This document shows positions 30,924 to 39,420 of a stretch of DNA of 64,000 nt, piece by piece. Origin of the DNA: Desulfomonilia bacterium (GTDB lineage Bacteria; Desulfobacterota; Desulfomonilia; UBA1062); the NCBI GenBank assembly GCA_050014195.1, contig JBEKDT010000007.1, forward strand, positions 64,001 to 128,000, given 5' to 3'. Below the pieces are notes generated by a model, which was not told where the DNA came from, did no database searches, and saw only the letters and a program-made list of their open reading frames with translations. Position 1 is the stretch's first letter. Each line of letters opens with the position of its first letter. The translations under genes were made by a program, and so were the position numbers.

Positions 30924-30953
30924 AGGTAGCCTGTTACCTATAAGTGCGCCTTT
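30924..30953 (+). other. oriT (MOBQ type)
   Basis: Hairpin AGGTAGC-ct-GTTACCT followed by TAAGTGCGCCTT (MOBQ core TAAGTGCG^CCCT), just upstream of traA. Confidence 0.8.
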
Positions 30954-31133
30954 CACTTTGTTCAAGTATTGGCTCTCGCGTTGCTCGCTCATGGAATCAC
31001 TTCGTTCCTTCTTCTTTTTTACTCTCTGAGGGACTTGAAAGGAAAAGGCCTTTGAATTCTGTTGCTTGACTTCCTCTCATACATATTTTATGACATATCA
31101 TATAGTTACTCATATAAACTTTGAGAGGTTAGA

Positions 31134-31394
31134 ATGCAATCAAAAAAGGCAGACTCACTTGGTAAACTCCTGGAGAAGAAACAGAAACTTGAACAACAGA
31201 TAGCCAGCGCAAAGGCCCTTGTGAAAAAAGTTGACCGGGCCAATGACACACGGAAAAAGATCCTTGTGGGCGCTTACTTCCTTGATATCAAATACAAGGA
31301 TAAAGAGGATGAGCTGAAAAAGCTTATGGATGGATTCCTTGTCCGTGATAACGACAGGTCTCTTTTCGACCTGCCGCCTAAAGATTCTAAATAA
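31134..31394 (+). CDS. Relaxosome accessory protein (MobS/TraD-like)
   Basis: DTRKKILVGA, RDNDRSLF; divergent from traA across oriT. Confidence 0.75.
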   Translation: MQSKKADSLGKLLEKKQKLEQQIASAKALVKKVDRANDTRKKILVGAYFLDIKYKDKEDELKKLMDGFLVRDNDRSLFDLPPKDSK

Positions 31395-31474
31395 AAATCT
31401 CCAGAGTGTAGCTGGTTTTGTCTGATCTTATATTATCTGGTCCGTATGAATTGAGACCAGGACACTTCATTTTA

Positions 31475-31522
31475 GGGGGGTATACTCTCACTTCACTTTC
31501 CAGGCAGTGAAAGTATACCCCC
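31475..31522. terminator. Hairpin between convergent genes
   Basis: GGGGGTATACT...AGTATACCCCC. Confidence 0.45.
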
Positions 31523-31553
31523 TGCCCTACTTAAATACCCTGGAGATCTCCAT

Positions 31554-32936
31554 TTAGGTCAGGAGCTTGTCTGCTCTTATCAGGACAAGCCCTTCTTCTT
31601 TTGCCTTCTTCATCACGGTTGGAGTAAATCCGGATCTGCTGACAAGGCAGAACGTTTCCTTTCTATCCTTACTCCCCCACACTACCTTTTCAGCCTTCCT
31701 TTTCAGATCATCAAAGATATCGTTACCAATCGGTTTCTCACTCCATTTGACCTCACCAAACAGGATAGAATCTCTCTCCTTGTTTACTGCCACGATGTCG
31801 ATCTCTTCCTGCCGATCCCACCACCTTCCTACTGCTGAGAACGGGAACATATTGTCCTGCCTGCCAGAGAGTATCTGCGTGGCCACTTTTTCATAAACAC
31901 CTCCGAGATACTGGGGCAGATCTTTGGTGATAGTGCCAAGAACTTCATCTATCCGGCCCATCTCCAGTTCCGATCTCTTTGGGAACACAAACCTGAACCA
32001 GAACCGGAAGAATTCATCTGTGATCTGATAAAGCCCCTTTTTGCTCTTAAGGGGTTTCTCTTCAGTCACGGGCAGCTCACGTTCAACGATTTTAAGGTCT
32101 GCAAGAACTCCAAGATATTTATTTGCAACTGGCTGAGGGAGACCGGTTGCATTTACTATCTCTGAAAGCTTCCTCTTCCCCTGGGCAATCGCCTGAAGAA
32201 GTGCGAAGTAATAACGTGGCTCACGGAGCTCCTCCCTCAATATGAATTCTACCTCGTCATAAAGGACCTCCCCTTTTTTCAACACGGAGTGTTTCAGATT
32301 ATCTTCAAAGCCGATCTCATCATTGAAGTGAAGCCAGTATGCTGGTATCCCACCGGCTACTGAAAAGTGACATATCCTGTCTTCAAAGGACTTCCCTCGT
32401 CTGAACAATTCCACCGAATTGAAGGGCATTGGGTCCACTCTCCATTGTCCGGTTCTTCTGCCATACAGTGGGGACTTATATCCCAGCACTTCATTCTCCA
32501 TCATGGCAATGCTCGATCCAAGTAAGATGAGAAAAGAATTCCCATGAACCCAATACTCATCCATCGCCTTCTGAAAAAGGCTTGTTATTCCCGGATTCGA
32601 AGAGATGAGATATGGGAATTCATCTATTGCGAGAATGAATCGTTTCTTTTTTGATTGAATGTATTGAAAGCATTCCTCCCAGGAAGAGAAGCCCCGGGTT
32701 TCCAAGAGAGGCTCCTCGTAGAATTTACCAAGAGCCTGAGACAATCTTATAAGCTGCTCTTTCTCATTGGTGTTCTCGGACAGGTAGTATACATGAGGTT
32801 TGTCCTTGATAAACTGTTTTACCAGTTCTGTCTTCCCTACCCTTCTCTTACCCCAGAGGACTATAAATTGAGCTTTCTTTGTCTTCCATTTATCCTCAAG
32901 AAAGGAAAGCTCCTCATGTCTGTTGATGAAGGCCAT
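31554..32936 (-). CDS. Archaeal-type ATPase with wHTH and DUF234 PD-(D/E)xK domain
   Basis: FINRHEEL, GKRRVGKT, IDEFPYL, FWFRFV and EIDIV...GEVKW. Confidence 0.88.
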   Translation of the reverse strand: MAFINRHEELSFLEDKWKTKKAQFIVLWGKRRVGKTELVKQFIKDKPHVYYLSENTNEKEQLIRLSQALGKFYEEPLLETRGFSSWEECFQYIQSKKKRFILAIDEFPYLISSNPGITSLFQKAMDEYWVHGNSFLILLGSSIAMMENEVLGYKSPLYGRRTGQWRVDPMPFNSVELFRRGKSFEDRICHFSVAGGIPAYWLHFNDEIGFEDNLKHSVLKKGEVLYDEVEFILREELREPRYYFALLQAIAQGKRKLSEIVNATGLPQPVANKYLGVLADLKIVERELPVTEEKPLKSKKGLYQITDEFFRFWFRFVFPKRSELEMGRIDEVLGTITKDLPQYLGGVYEKVATQILSGRQDNMFPFSAVGRWWDRQEEIDIVAVNKERDSILFGEVKWSEKPIGNDIFDDLKRKAEKVVWGSKDRKETFCLVSRSGFTPTVMKKAKEEGLVLIRADKLLT

Positions 32937-32956
32937 ATTACCTCCTTAATGAACTT

Positions 32957-32980
32957 ATGAGTATTATACTCATGAGTATA
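32957..32980. promoter_or_regulatory. Overlapping palindromes, candidate operator
   Basis: ATGAGTAT-t-ATACTCAT overlapping the perfect palindrome TATACTCATGAGTATA. Confidence 0.5.
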
Positions 32981-33216
32981 TTTATTACAAGGATTTATTT
33001 TGAAACGATCTCTTAAGTCAAAATACTGTTACCCCTTACCCATCTCATGATCTTGCTTGACTGAGATATGTCTACGAGATGATGTAGACAGTACAAGCCT
33101 TTATAAGGTTTTAAGAAAGAGATTTGAAAGAAAACAACAACTGGTTTGTAGTATTTAATAACATACTTAAAGATTATAGCGGAAAATGATAATAAATCAA
33201 GTGAGTTGAAGAGGAA

Positions 33217-34031
33217 AAGTATCCATTGATTGGTGTGAAAGTAACCGGGATTTGGTGGCTATCCCAGTTTTGGTGTCGAAAGTATCCCTGTTTTGGAGAA
33301 TTTCCAATAATAAATGAATAGCCCTGTAACTTAACATTATCATTGATATATTATTGCAATCTAAGAGCCCTTCCCTCTCTTGATGCTCTAAAAGTATCCC
33401 TATTTTGGTGAGGTTATGTATCCCTGATTTGGTGTCTCTACAAAAACAAAAGAATCTCTATATATTCTAGGCCACATGATTAACAATCTATGTGATATTA
33501 GCTTGTTATAATTTACTACTGAGATCCGGCCTCCTTTTGTTATGATCTTAAGTATCCCGGATTTGGAGTTGAAAGTATCCCTATTTTGGTGTCTCCGCGG
33601 CAATAGGAGCTTTCCTTATTGCAAAGTATCCCAGATTTGGTGCGGAGAAAGAGACGTTTATCCTCCTAGAGCTGCTTAAAAAGAGGTTCTCCTCTTTTGT
33701 AGCCAGCTTACTTATTGAATTAATTAATGATAATAATGAATACAAGCTAAAGTATCCCAGATTTGGTGTAGGGATTTATCTATCGTTGGGTCCATCTTCC
33801 ATGTTTATCCAAGAGGCTGCTGGTTTCCGTTAAGTATCAAAGTATCCCTGTTTTGGTGTGAAGGTGTACCCCTATCGACAATTTCTTCTGAAGGGAATTC
33901 CTGTAAGTATCCCATATTTGGTGTGGATGGTAAAGTATCCCTGTTTTGGTGTCACTCTTTGAAATCATCTCCTTCGCCTCATAATCATACATGAAGAAGG
34001 AATAATAATCGAAAGTATCCCACCTTTGGTG
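33217..34031 (+). repeat. Iteron array / plasmid oriV
   Basis: About 14 direct copies of AAGTATCCCnnnTTTGGTG (e.g. near 33217, 33280, 33392, 33573, 33624, 33750, 33840, 33905, 33933, 34013) in AT-rich DNA upstream of rep. Confidence 0.9.
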
Positions 34032-34049
34032 TCCCTAGCATACTTTCGA

Positions 34050-34078
34050 TTGACGTGTATGGATTTATGATATAAATC
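34050..34078 (+). promoter_or_regulatory. Candidate rep promoter/operator
   Basis: TTGACG and extended -10 TGaTATAAA, overlapped by the inverted repeat GATTTAT-gat-ATAAATC. Confidence 0.45.
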
Positions 34079-34086
34079 ATAACACT

Positions 34087-35394
34087 ATGAAAGCTGATAT
34101 TAAGGGCATGTTAACAAAATCATCTAATAAAAGCCCTATAGACACTAGTCTTGTCGTTAAGTCCAATAAGCTGATAGAAGCCAGATTTTCACTCGGAGTT
34201 ATCGAACAAAAGGTCGTTCTTGCATTCATCGCGATGATTAATTCTAACGATGCAAATTTTCAAGAGTACGAAATGGATGTCAGATCACTATGTAATATCA
34301 TGGGTGTTAAAGGAGAAAACTACTACCCCATAATTAAAGAGATGACCAAGGCCATCAGAGATAAGGGATTCACTATAAAAGAAGATGACGGCGATCTTCA
34401 GATTGGTTGGTTCTCTTCAATTAAGTACCACGACAAAAAAGGCAAGGTATCAGTTTCTTTTGACCCCAAGTTAAAGCCGTACTTATTAGATCTGAAAAAG
34501 GATTACACCAAATATAGGCTGTACAATGCCATTGTACTTAAGGGCAGCTACTCTATCAGGTTCTATGAGTTGCTTAAGCAGTATGAATTTTTAGGGGCAA
34601 GATCGATAGAGGTTGAAAAGCTCAAAGAGATACTAAGAATACCCACGAATAAGTATGCCAAGTATAACAGCTTCAAATTCAAAGTAATCAATAAAGCCAT
34701 AGCTGAGATAAACAAAAAAACAGACATAATGATAACCTACAAAGAAATACGGTCTGAACGCAAAGTACATAACCTGGAATTCACGATTGATTCCAACAAA
34801 GAGTTCTATGAGAAAAGAAAGTATGAAATGTTTATCTCTGTACCCGACGAGATAATCGAGATCATCCCTGAACAATACCGTGAAAGCGTCATAAGCCTTG
34901 TGGTTCAATACATAGACAAGAATGGCCCCGCATATGTTCAAAGAGCCATAGAATATACGAATCGTGTTGATTATCATGATTACCGCAAGTATTTGTACAC
35001 AGTTTTGAGTAAAAACCTTGCTAAAGATTGGGACCCGAAACAGCTCAATCTATTTTCAAAGCAAGGATTGAGAGATCATAAATTGCGGCTGAAAAGAGAA
35101 GCGGAGGAGATCGCCAGACAGAAGGCCCAAGAAGAGGTAAAGTTGCGAAACGAATTTTCAGCAAAGGCAACCAAGATAGCAAATGAGCGAATTGATATCT
35201 TGTCAGAGGAAGAACGAATGGAGTTAAGAGAGACCGTTTTGAAAAATAACCCTGAACTTAAAAAAGAAAAAGACATACAACAGTTTATGTACCTCCATTT
35301 AAAGGATGAAATTGAAAGAGAGCTTATTGAGCAAGTGATGACTAATCCTGAAAACGATGAGAGTATTTCAAACGGTTTACCCCCCCTACCCTAA
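34087..35394 (+). CDS. repB: Rep_3/RepB plasmid replication initiator
   Basis: VVKSNKLIEARF, LKPYLLDLK, YSIRFYELLKQY and FK.KVINKAI.EIN. Confidence 0.92.
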   Translation: MKADIKGMLTKSSNKSPIDTSLVVKSNKLIEARFSLGVIEQKVVLAFIAMINSNDANFQEYEMDVRSLCNIMGVKGENYYPIIKEMTKAIRDKGFTIKEDDGDLQIGWFSSIKYHDKKGKVSVSFDPKLKPYLLDLKKDYTKYRLYNAIVLKGSYSIRFYELLKQYEFLGARSIEVEKLKEILRIPTNKYAKYNSFKFKVINKAIAEINKKTDIMITYKEIRSERKVHNLEFTIDSNKEFYEKRKYEMFISVPDEIIEIIPEQYRESVISLVVQYIDKNGPAYVQRAIEYTNRVDYHDYRKYLYTVLSKNLAKDWDPKQLNLFSKQGLRDHKLRLKREAEEIARQKAQEEVKLRNEFSAKATKIANERIDILSEEERMELRETVLKNNPELKKEKDIQQFMYLHLKDEIERELIEQVMTNPENDESISNGLPPLP

Positions 35395-35718
35395 CCCGTA
35401 TTCGATCAATAATTATCACCGATGCCGTTCCCTTTTCATGTGTATTGAGAGCAAGACAAATCATTTTTTCATGATCAATTCTATAAAGGCTTGACGAAAG
35501 CAGAATAATTACCTTACAGAGCATTCATGCTGTCTTGTTATAGAGTCATTCCCAGTGGAGATTTAAAGCAAAGACGAGCATTGACTCCCTCTCTGATAAT
35601 TTCGCATGATAAAATCGTGCGTTGCCTTCATATAAAAGATTCAATTTTCGAGAATCAAAACAACAGGGAATATCCCTGATGGCATTTATAAACTCTGGAG
35701 GATTAGAGGGGGTATGAA

Positions 35719-36546
35719 ATGGAATCAGCACAGGAAGGCCCAAAAATAATCGCAATCGCCAACAGGAAGGGCGGCTGCGGGAAAACGACAAGCTGTGTAA
35801 ATCTCGCATACGCCCTGGCAGAAGAAGGTTATAAAGTTCTCCTTATCGACTTGGACCCACAGGCAAATGCAACATCAGCCCTCGCACACGGCCTTAAAAA
35901 GTATAAATTAACCGTCCGTGAGTTTCTGGCAGGGAAGCTCGATGATAAAAAAATAAGCTACAAAGAAGTTGTCCTTGAAAGAGGAAACACTCTAAAGGTC
36001 CTCCCAGCCAAAGACAATCTTGCAAACATGGAAGACCTTTTTGCTGTAGCGAAACACACGAAAGGGATAAATCCGAACGTCTACCTTCGTCAGAGAATCA
36101 AACAGATAGATGATAAATTTGATTTTATTCTCATCGATTGTCCTCCTGGTGAAGGCTATCTTCTGAAGAATGCGCTTGTAGCTGCGCATGGTGTCATTAT
36201 TCCCGGTAATCCTGATATTGCTGCTATCGAAGGCGGTATGAAGATCATGAAGATAATCGATGATGAAATCAGATCACAAAATCCACATCTGAAAATGCTC
36301 GGTTTTCTCGTTGTGGATTATGGCAGCAGATTTATTATTGACAGATTTTTCTTAGGTCATCTGGAGAGACAGTTCTCGGGGCGCATCCTGAAAACAAAAA
36401 TACGTCACGACAAAAAGGTGGCGGAAGCATATTCCCAGGGGATGTCATTGTTTGAATATAAAAGATATTCCAACGCAGCTCAGGACTATGAGGCGTTGGC
36501 TAAAGAAATCATTGATATCCATGGAATGAATGGGAAAGGAAAGTAA
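35719..36546 (+). CDS. parA: ParA/Soj partition ATPase
   Basis: KGGCGKTT, DLDPQAN and DFILIDCPP. Confidence 0.93.
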   Translation: MESAQEGPKIIAIANRKGGCGKTTSCVNLAYALAEEGYKVLLIDLDPQANATSALAHGLKKYKLTVREFLAGKLDDKKISYKEVVLERGNTLKVLPAKDNLANMEDLFAVAKHTKGINPNVYLRQRIKQIDDKFDFILIDCPPGEGYLLKNALVAAHGVIIPGNPDIAAIEGGMKIMKIIDDEIRSQNPHLKMLGFLVVDYGSRFIIDRFFLGHLERQFSGRILKTKIRHDKKVAEAYSQGMSLFEYKRYSNAAQDYEALAKEIIDIHGMNGKGK

Positions 36547-36548
36547 AA

Positions 36549-37445
36549 ATGGCCAAACTCTCTGACAAGAACGTATTAGAAAAGTATAGCCTCGTGGGTG
36601 ATGCGGTTGAAGACATTATGCTGGAAGGAAGCACCGGTGGAGCGCCAAAGACACATATTGTATCTGTTGGCATCAACATGATCGAAGCAGACCCTAGCCA
36701 ACCTCGCAAAACATTCGACCAGAAGGCACTCAAGGAGCTTGCCGAATCCATAAAAAGCGACGGACTCTTACAACCTATCCTGGTGAGAGTCAAGCCCCAG
36801 GATGATGGTTACCTGATTATTGCCGGAGAGAGAAGACATAGGGCTAGCATACTTGCAGGACTTGAATCAGTTCCTTGCATAGTGAAAGACATAAGTGACG
36901 AGGATGCTTTTAAGCTCAGCCTCATTGAGAATCTGCAACGTGAAGATCTTAACGCTATCGAAGAAGCCGAAGGGTACAAGAGGCTAAAGGATGAGTTTGG
37001 GATGACTCAGGAAGAGATAGCAAATACTATTAAGAAAACTCAGTCAATGGTAGCAAAAATAATGACGATAAATCGGCTCCCAGAGGTGATTAAGGAAAAA
37101 TATGACCCGGGTCATATTAGCAGGAAACATCTTATTGAATTGGCAAAGGCAGATCATGTATCCGATGAAGATAAAGCCCTCCTGGTCGCAGATATCTATA
37201 AAGACAAACTCACTGTGACACAGCTCATTGATAAGATTAATAAAATGAAAGAGCAGGGTAGGGGGCGTCCAAAGAAAGACCCTGTTTATGTAGTATTGCG
37301 GATGAAAACAGTATCTTATATAAAATCTCTGGCCAAGCTATCAGCAGTTGATCCCAAAAAGATTCCGGTAGACGAAAAGGTAAAACTGAAGAACGAGCTC
37401 AATGAGATAGTTCAGACAGCAACCAGTTTGATAGAAAGGCTCTAG
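36549..37445 (+). CDS. parB: ParB partition protein
   Basis: QPRK.F, GLLQPI, AGERRHRA and ENLQREDL, followed by an HTH. Confidence 0.93.
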   Translation: MAKLSDKNVLEKYSLVGDAVEDIMLEGSTGGAPKTHIVSVGINMIEADPSQPRKTFDQKALKELAESIKSDGLLQPILVRVKPQDDGYLIIAGERRHRASILAGLESVPCIVKDISDEDAFKLSLIENLQREDLNAIEEAEGYKRLKDEFGMTQEEIANTIKKTQSMVAKIMTINRLPEVIKEKYDPGHISRKHLIELAKADHVSDEDKALLVADIYKDKLTVTQLIDKINKMKEQGRGRPKKDPVYVVLRMKTVSYIKSLAKLSAVDPKKIPVDEKVKLKNELNEIVQTATSLIERL

Positions 37446-37467
37446 GCTGTTAAAAGACATGGGGGAA

Positions 37468-37484
37468 CGGGGGCGAAGCCCCCG
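37468..37484. terminator. GCGAAGC-loop hairpin between convergent parB and ardC
   Basis: CGGGGGC-GAA-GCCCCCG; a related hairpin lies at 60192-60206. Confidence 0.5.
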
Positions 37485-37515
37485 CGGGCCGGTCAAAAAT
37501 TAAAGGGTAGGGGGG

Positions 37516-38397
37516 TTACCCCTGCCCGTCCTTATCATCGTGGACCTCATCATCTTGCTGGCCGATGATGTGATTGACTGCCTTCTGTGCCTGGGCTGCA
37601 GCCAGGACAACAAGTCTTGAGTCCTTGCTGATCGTGTCCCTCCATCCCTGGATATATGCCGCTGAGTTCTCAATGGTGGCGTGGGCAATGCCGGTGATAC
37701 CGCACAGATAGGCAGCTCCCATCTCGGCTATGAGTTCTTCACGGGCGTAGTTCTTCGATCCGAAAGATGCAGATGTCGTGAGTGTTTCACGGTTAAGCCG
37801 GGAAGCTGTGCCTGTGGCATGGGTAAGCTCATGGTAGAGTGTGCTGAAATACTCTTCCTGGTTCACGAATGCGGCCTTGTTCGGCATCTTCACCAGGTCT
37901 TCAATAGGGTTGTAGCAGGCCTTGATAAACCCATGCTTTATCTCAGGTCTTCCCTGGAAGCCATTCACTATGGACTCGGCCTCTGTAATGGGGTCGGATT
38001 GAGACTCTTCCGTCTGCTCAGGGCTGGTTATTCCTTCGCACTGAAGGGCATTGAATACCCGGTAGTATTTCAAGAAAGGTATATTTTTCTTTTCCATCGC
38101 TCCTGTTACAGCGTTGAGCTCATCTACTTCCTTGAAGTTCCAGAAAACCACGATAGAGCTTTTCTCTCCCTTCTTGATATTTCCCCCGAGTGTCTTTGCT
38201 TGGTTGAACGTGAGCCAGTAAGGTGATGAATAGCTGGAAGCAAGGAGCAACCATACATTGATCCCTCGATACTTCTTGCCGGTCACCAGGTTACGGGGAA
38301 GCCGAATCTTGCTGGTCCAGGGTTTTCTCCAGGGGATGACACCATTGCCCAGGTGCGTCAGGATTTGTTCGGTCACGATCTCGAATACGTTTGCCAT
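37516..38397 (-). CDS. ardC: ArdC-family antirestriction ssDNA-binding protein
   Basis: PWRKPW, YRGIN, WLTFNQA, HELTHATG, EELIAE and YI.GW. Confidence 0.92.
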   Translation of the reverse strand: MANVFEIVTEQILTHLGNGVIPWRKPWTSKIRLPRNLVTGKKYRGINVWLLLASSYSSPYWLTFNQAKTLGGNIKKGEKSSIVVFWNFKEVDELNAVTGAMEKKNIPFLKYYRVFNALQCEGITSPEQTEESQSDPITEAESIVNGFQGRPEIKHGFIKACYNPIEDLVKMPNKAAFVNQEEYFSTLYHELTHATGTASRLNRETLTTSASFGSKNYAREELIAEMGAAYLCGITGIAHATIENSAAYIQGWRDTISKDSRLVVLAAAQAQKAVNHIIGQQDDEVHDDKDGQG

Positions 38398-38420
38398 TAG
38401 TCTTTCCCTCCTCTAAAAAT

Positions 38421-38578
38421 CAATTTTTTTTCAACCCGTTCACTCCTGACTCATGGGTTGAGAAAAAATCGGAGATAAAAGACCGCGAAGCACCCTTATA
38501 GGGAGCCCCTGGAACGTTGCAAGCATCGTGACAACTGGTTCTTTGTTGGCGCGATGCTTATAAAGCGAGTGGAAGGGC
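38421..38578 (-). promoter_or_regulatory. Frpo/ssi-like hairpin element 1, upstream of ardC
   Basis: Two stem-loops including AAGCATCGTGACAAC...GTTGGCGCGATGCTT; homologous to 60853-61027 and 61632-61808. Confidence 0.65.
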
Positions 38579-38813
38579 TGGATGAATTAATGGATAAATG
38601 AACTAACCCGTAGCAAGCTTCAGGCGTCTAAACCAAAATGAGAGAAAATAAAATTCATGCAGAGGGATTGATCCCTTTATCAATAATGCAATTTACGCGC
38701 ATAATAACAGTATAATATGAATTATATAGCATATATAAATTAATAATATGCGTTGACAATGGATTTGAAACAGTTTACTTTTTTAACATCTCCACAAGGA
38801 ATGAGGAGGCTTT

Positions 38814-39116
38814 ATGAAATGTCGCTTGTTGGCGATTACACTTGTTGCTTTTCTGGCCCCATCCATGCTGTTAGCCGCAGGAAGCGGTATGCCCTGGGAA
38901 GGACCTCTCGATCAAATCCTGAATTCTCTCACAGGCCCCTGGCTTCGGTTTGGAAGCGTTGTGGCGATTATGGCCGTTGGCTTCATGCTGGCCTTCGGAG
39001 AGACCGGAGGGATATTGAAGAGGGCACTGCAGGCAGTGCTCGGTCTTTCTGTGGCTTGCGCCGCAACCGGGTGGGGGCTTTCATTCTTCGGGTTCAACGG
39101 GGGCTTGGGATTCTGA
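38814..39116 (+). CDS. trbC: TrbC/VirB2 pilin
   Basis: GSGMPWEGPL.QIL.SLTGP and two TM segments. Confidence 0.9.
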   Translation: MKCRLLAITLVAFLAPSMLLAAGSGMPWEGPLDQILNSLTGPWLRFGSVVAIMAVGFMLAFGETGGILKRALQAVLGLSVACAATGWGLSFFGFNGGLGF

Positions 39117-39120
39117 AGTC

Positions 39121-39360
39121 ATGAAGATCCCAATCCACCGAGGTCTCATTGAAAGGAACATGATTGCCGGAGTGCCCCGGACAGTAGCGATCCTGGGGGG
39201 AACGTTAGGCGGCGCTCTGGTGCTGGGCATGCAGAATGCCTGGATGATACTGGTTCTTATACCCATTTATGTTATAATTGTTTTGCTATACAGATCAGAT
39301 CCATACCTCCTTGAAATATTGGTCTCTCATGTCAATGAAGACGACTACTTAGAGCCATAG
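39121..39360 (+). CDS. trbD: TrbD/VirB3
   Basis: PIHRGL...MIAGVPR, DPY motif and gene position. Confidence 0.85.
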   Translation: MKIPIHRGLIERNMIAGVPRTVAILGGTLGGALVLGMQNAWMILVLIPIYVIIVLLYRSDPYLLEILVSHVNEDDYLEP

Positions 39361-39420
39361 CTTTTAAAGCTATAGCGACAGCTTTGTTTACTGCCCATGG
39401 ATTGGGCGGGGGAGGTAGTG

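Noticed and set aside
33154-33184. Third dif-like site on the minus strand (TTCCGCTATAA-N7-GTATGTTATTA)
   Set aside because: 7-bp spacer and weak arms; it cannot be told apart from AT-rich origin sequence.
33217-34031. CRISPR array
   Set aside because: The 19-bp units are irregularly spaced with a variable centre, no cas genes are present, and they lie next to a Rep_3 gene, so they are iterons.
38694-38721. dif-like site (TACGCGCATAA...)
   Set aside because: Only the XerC-like arm matches; there is no XerD arm at 6-bp spacing.
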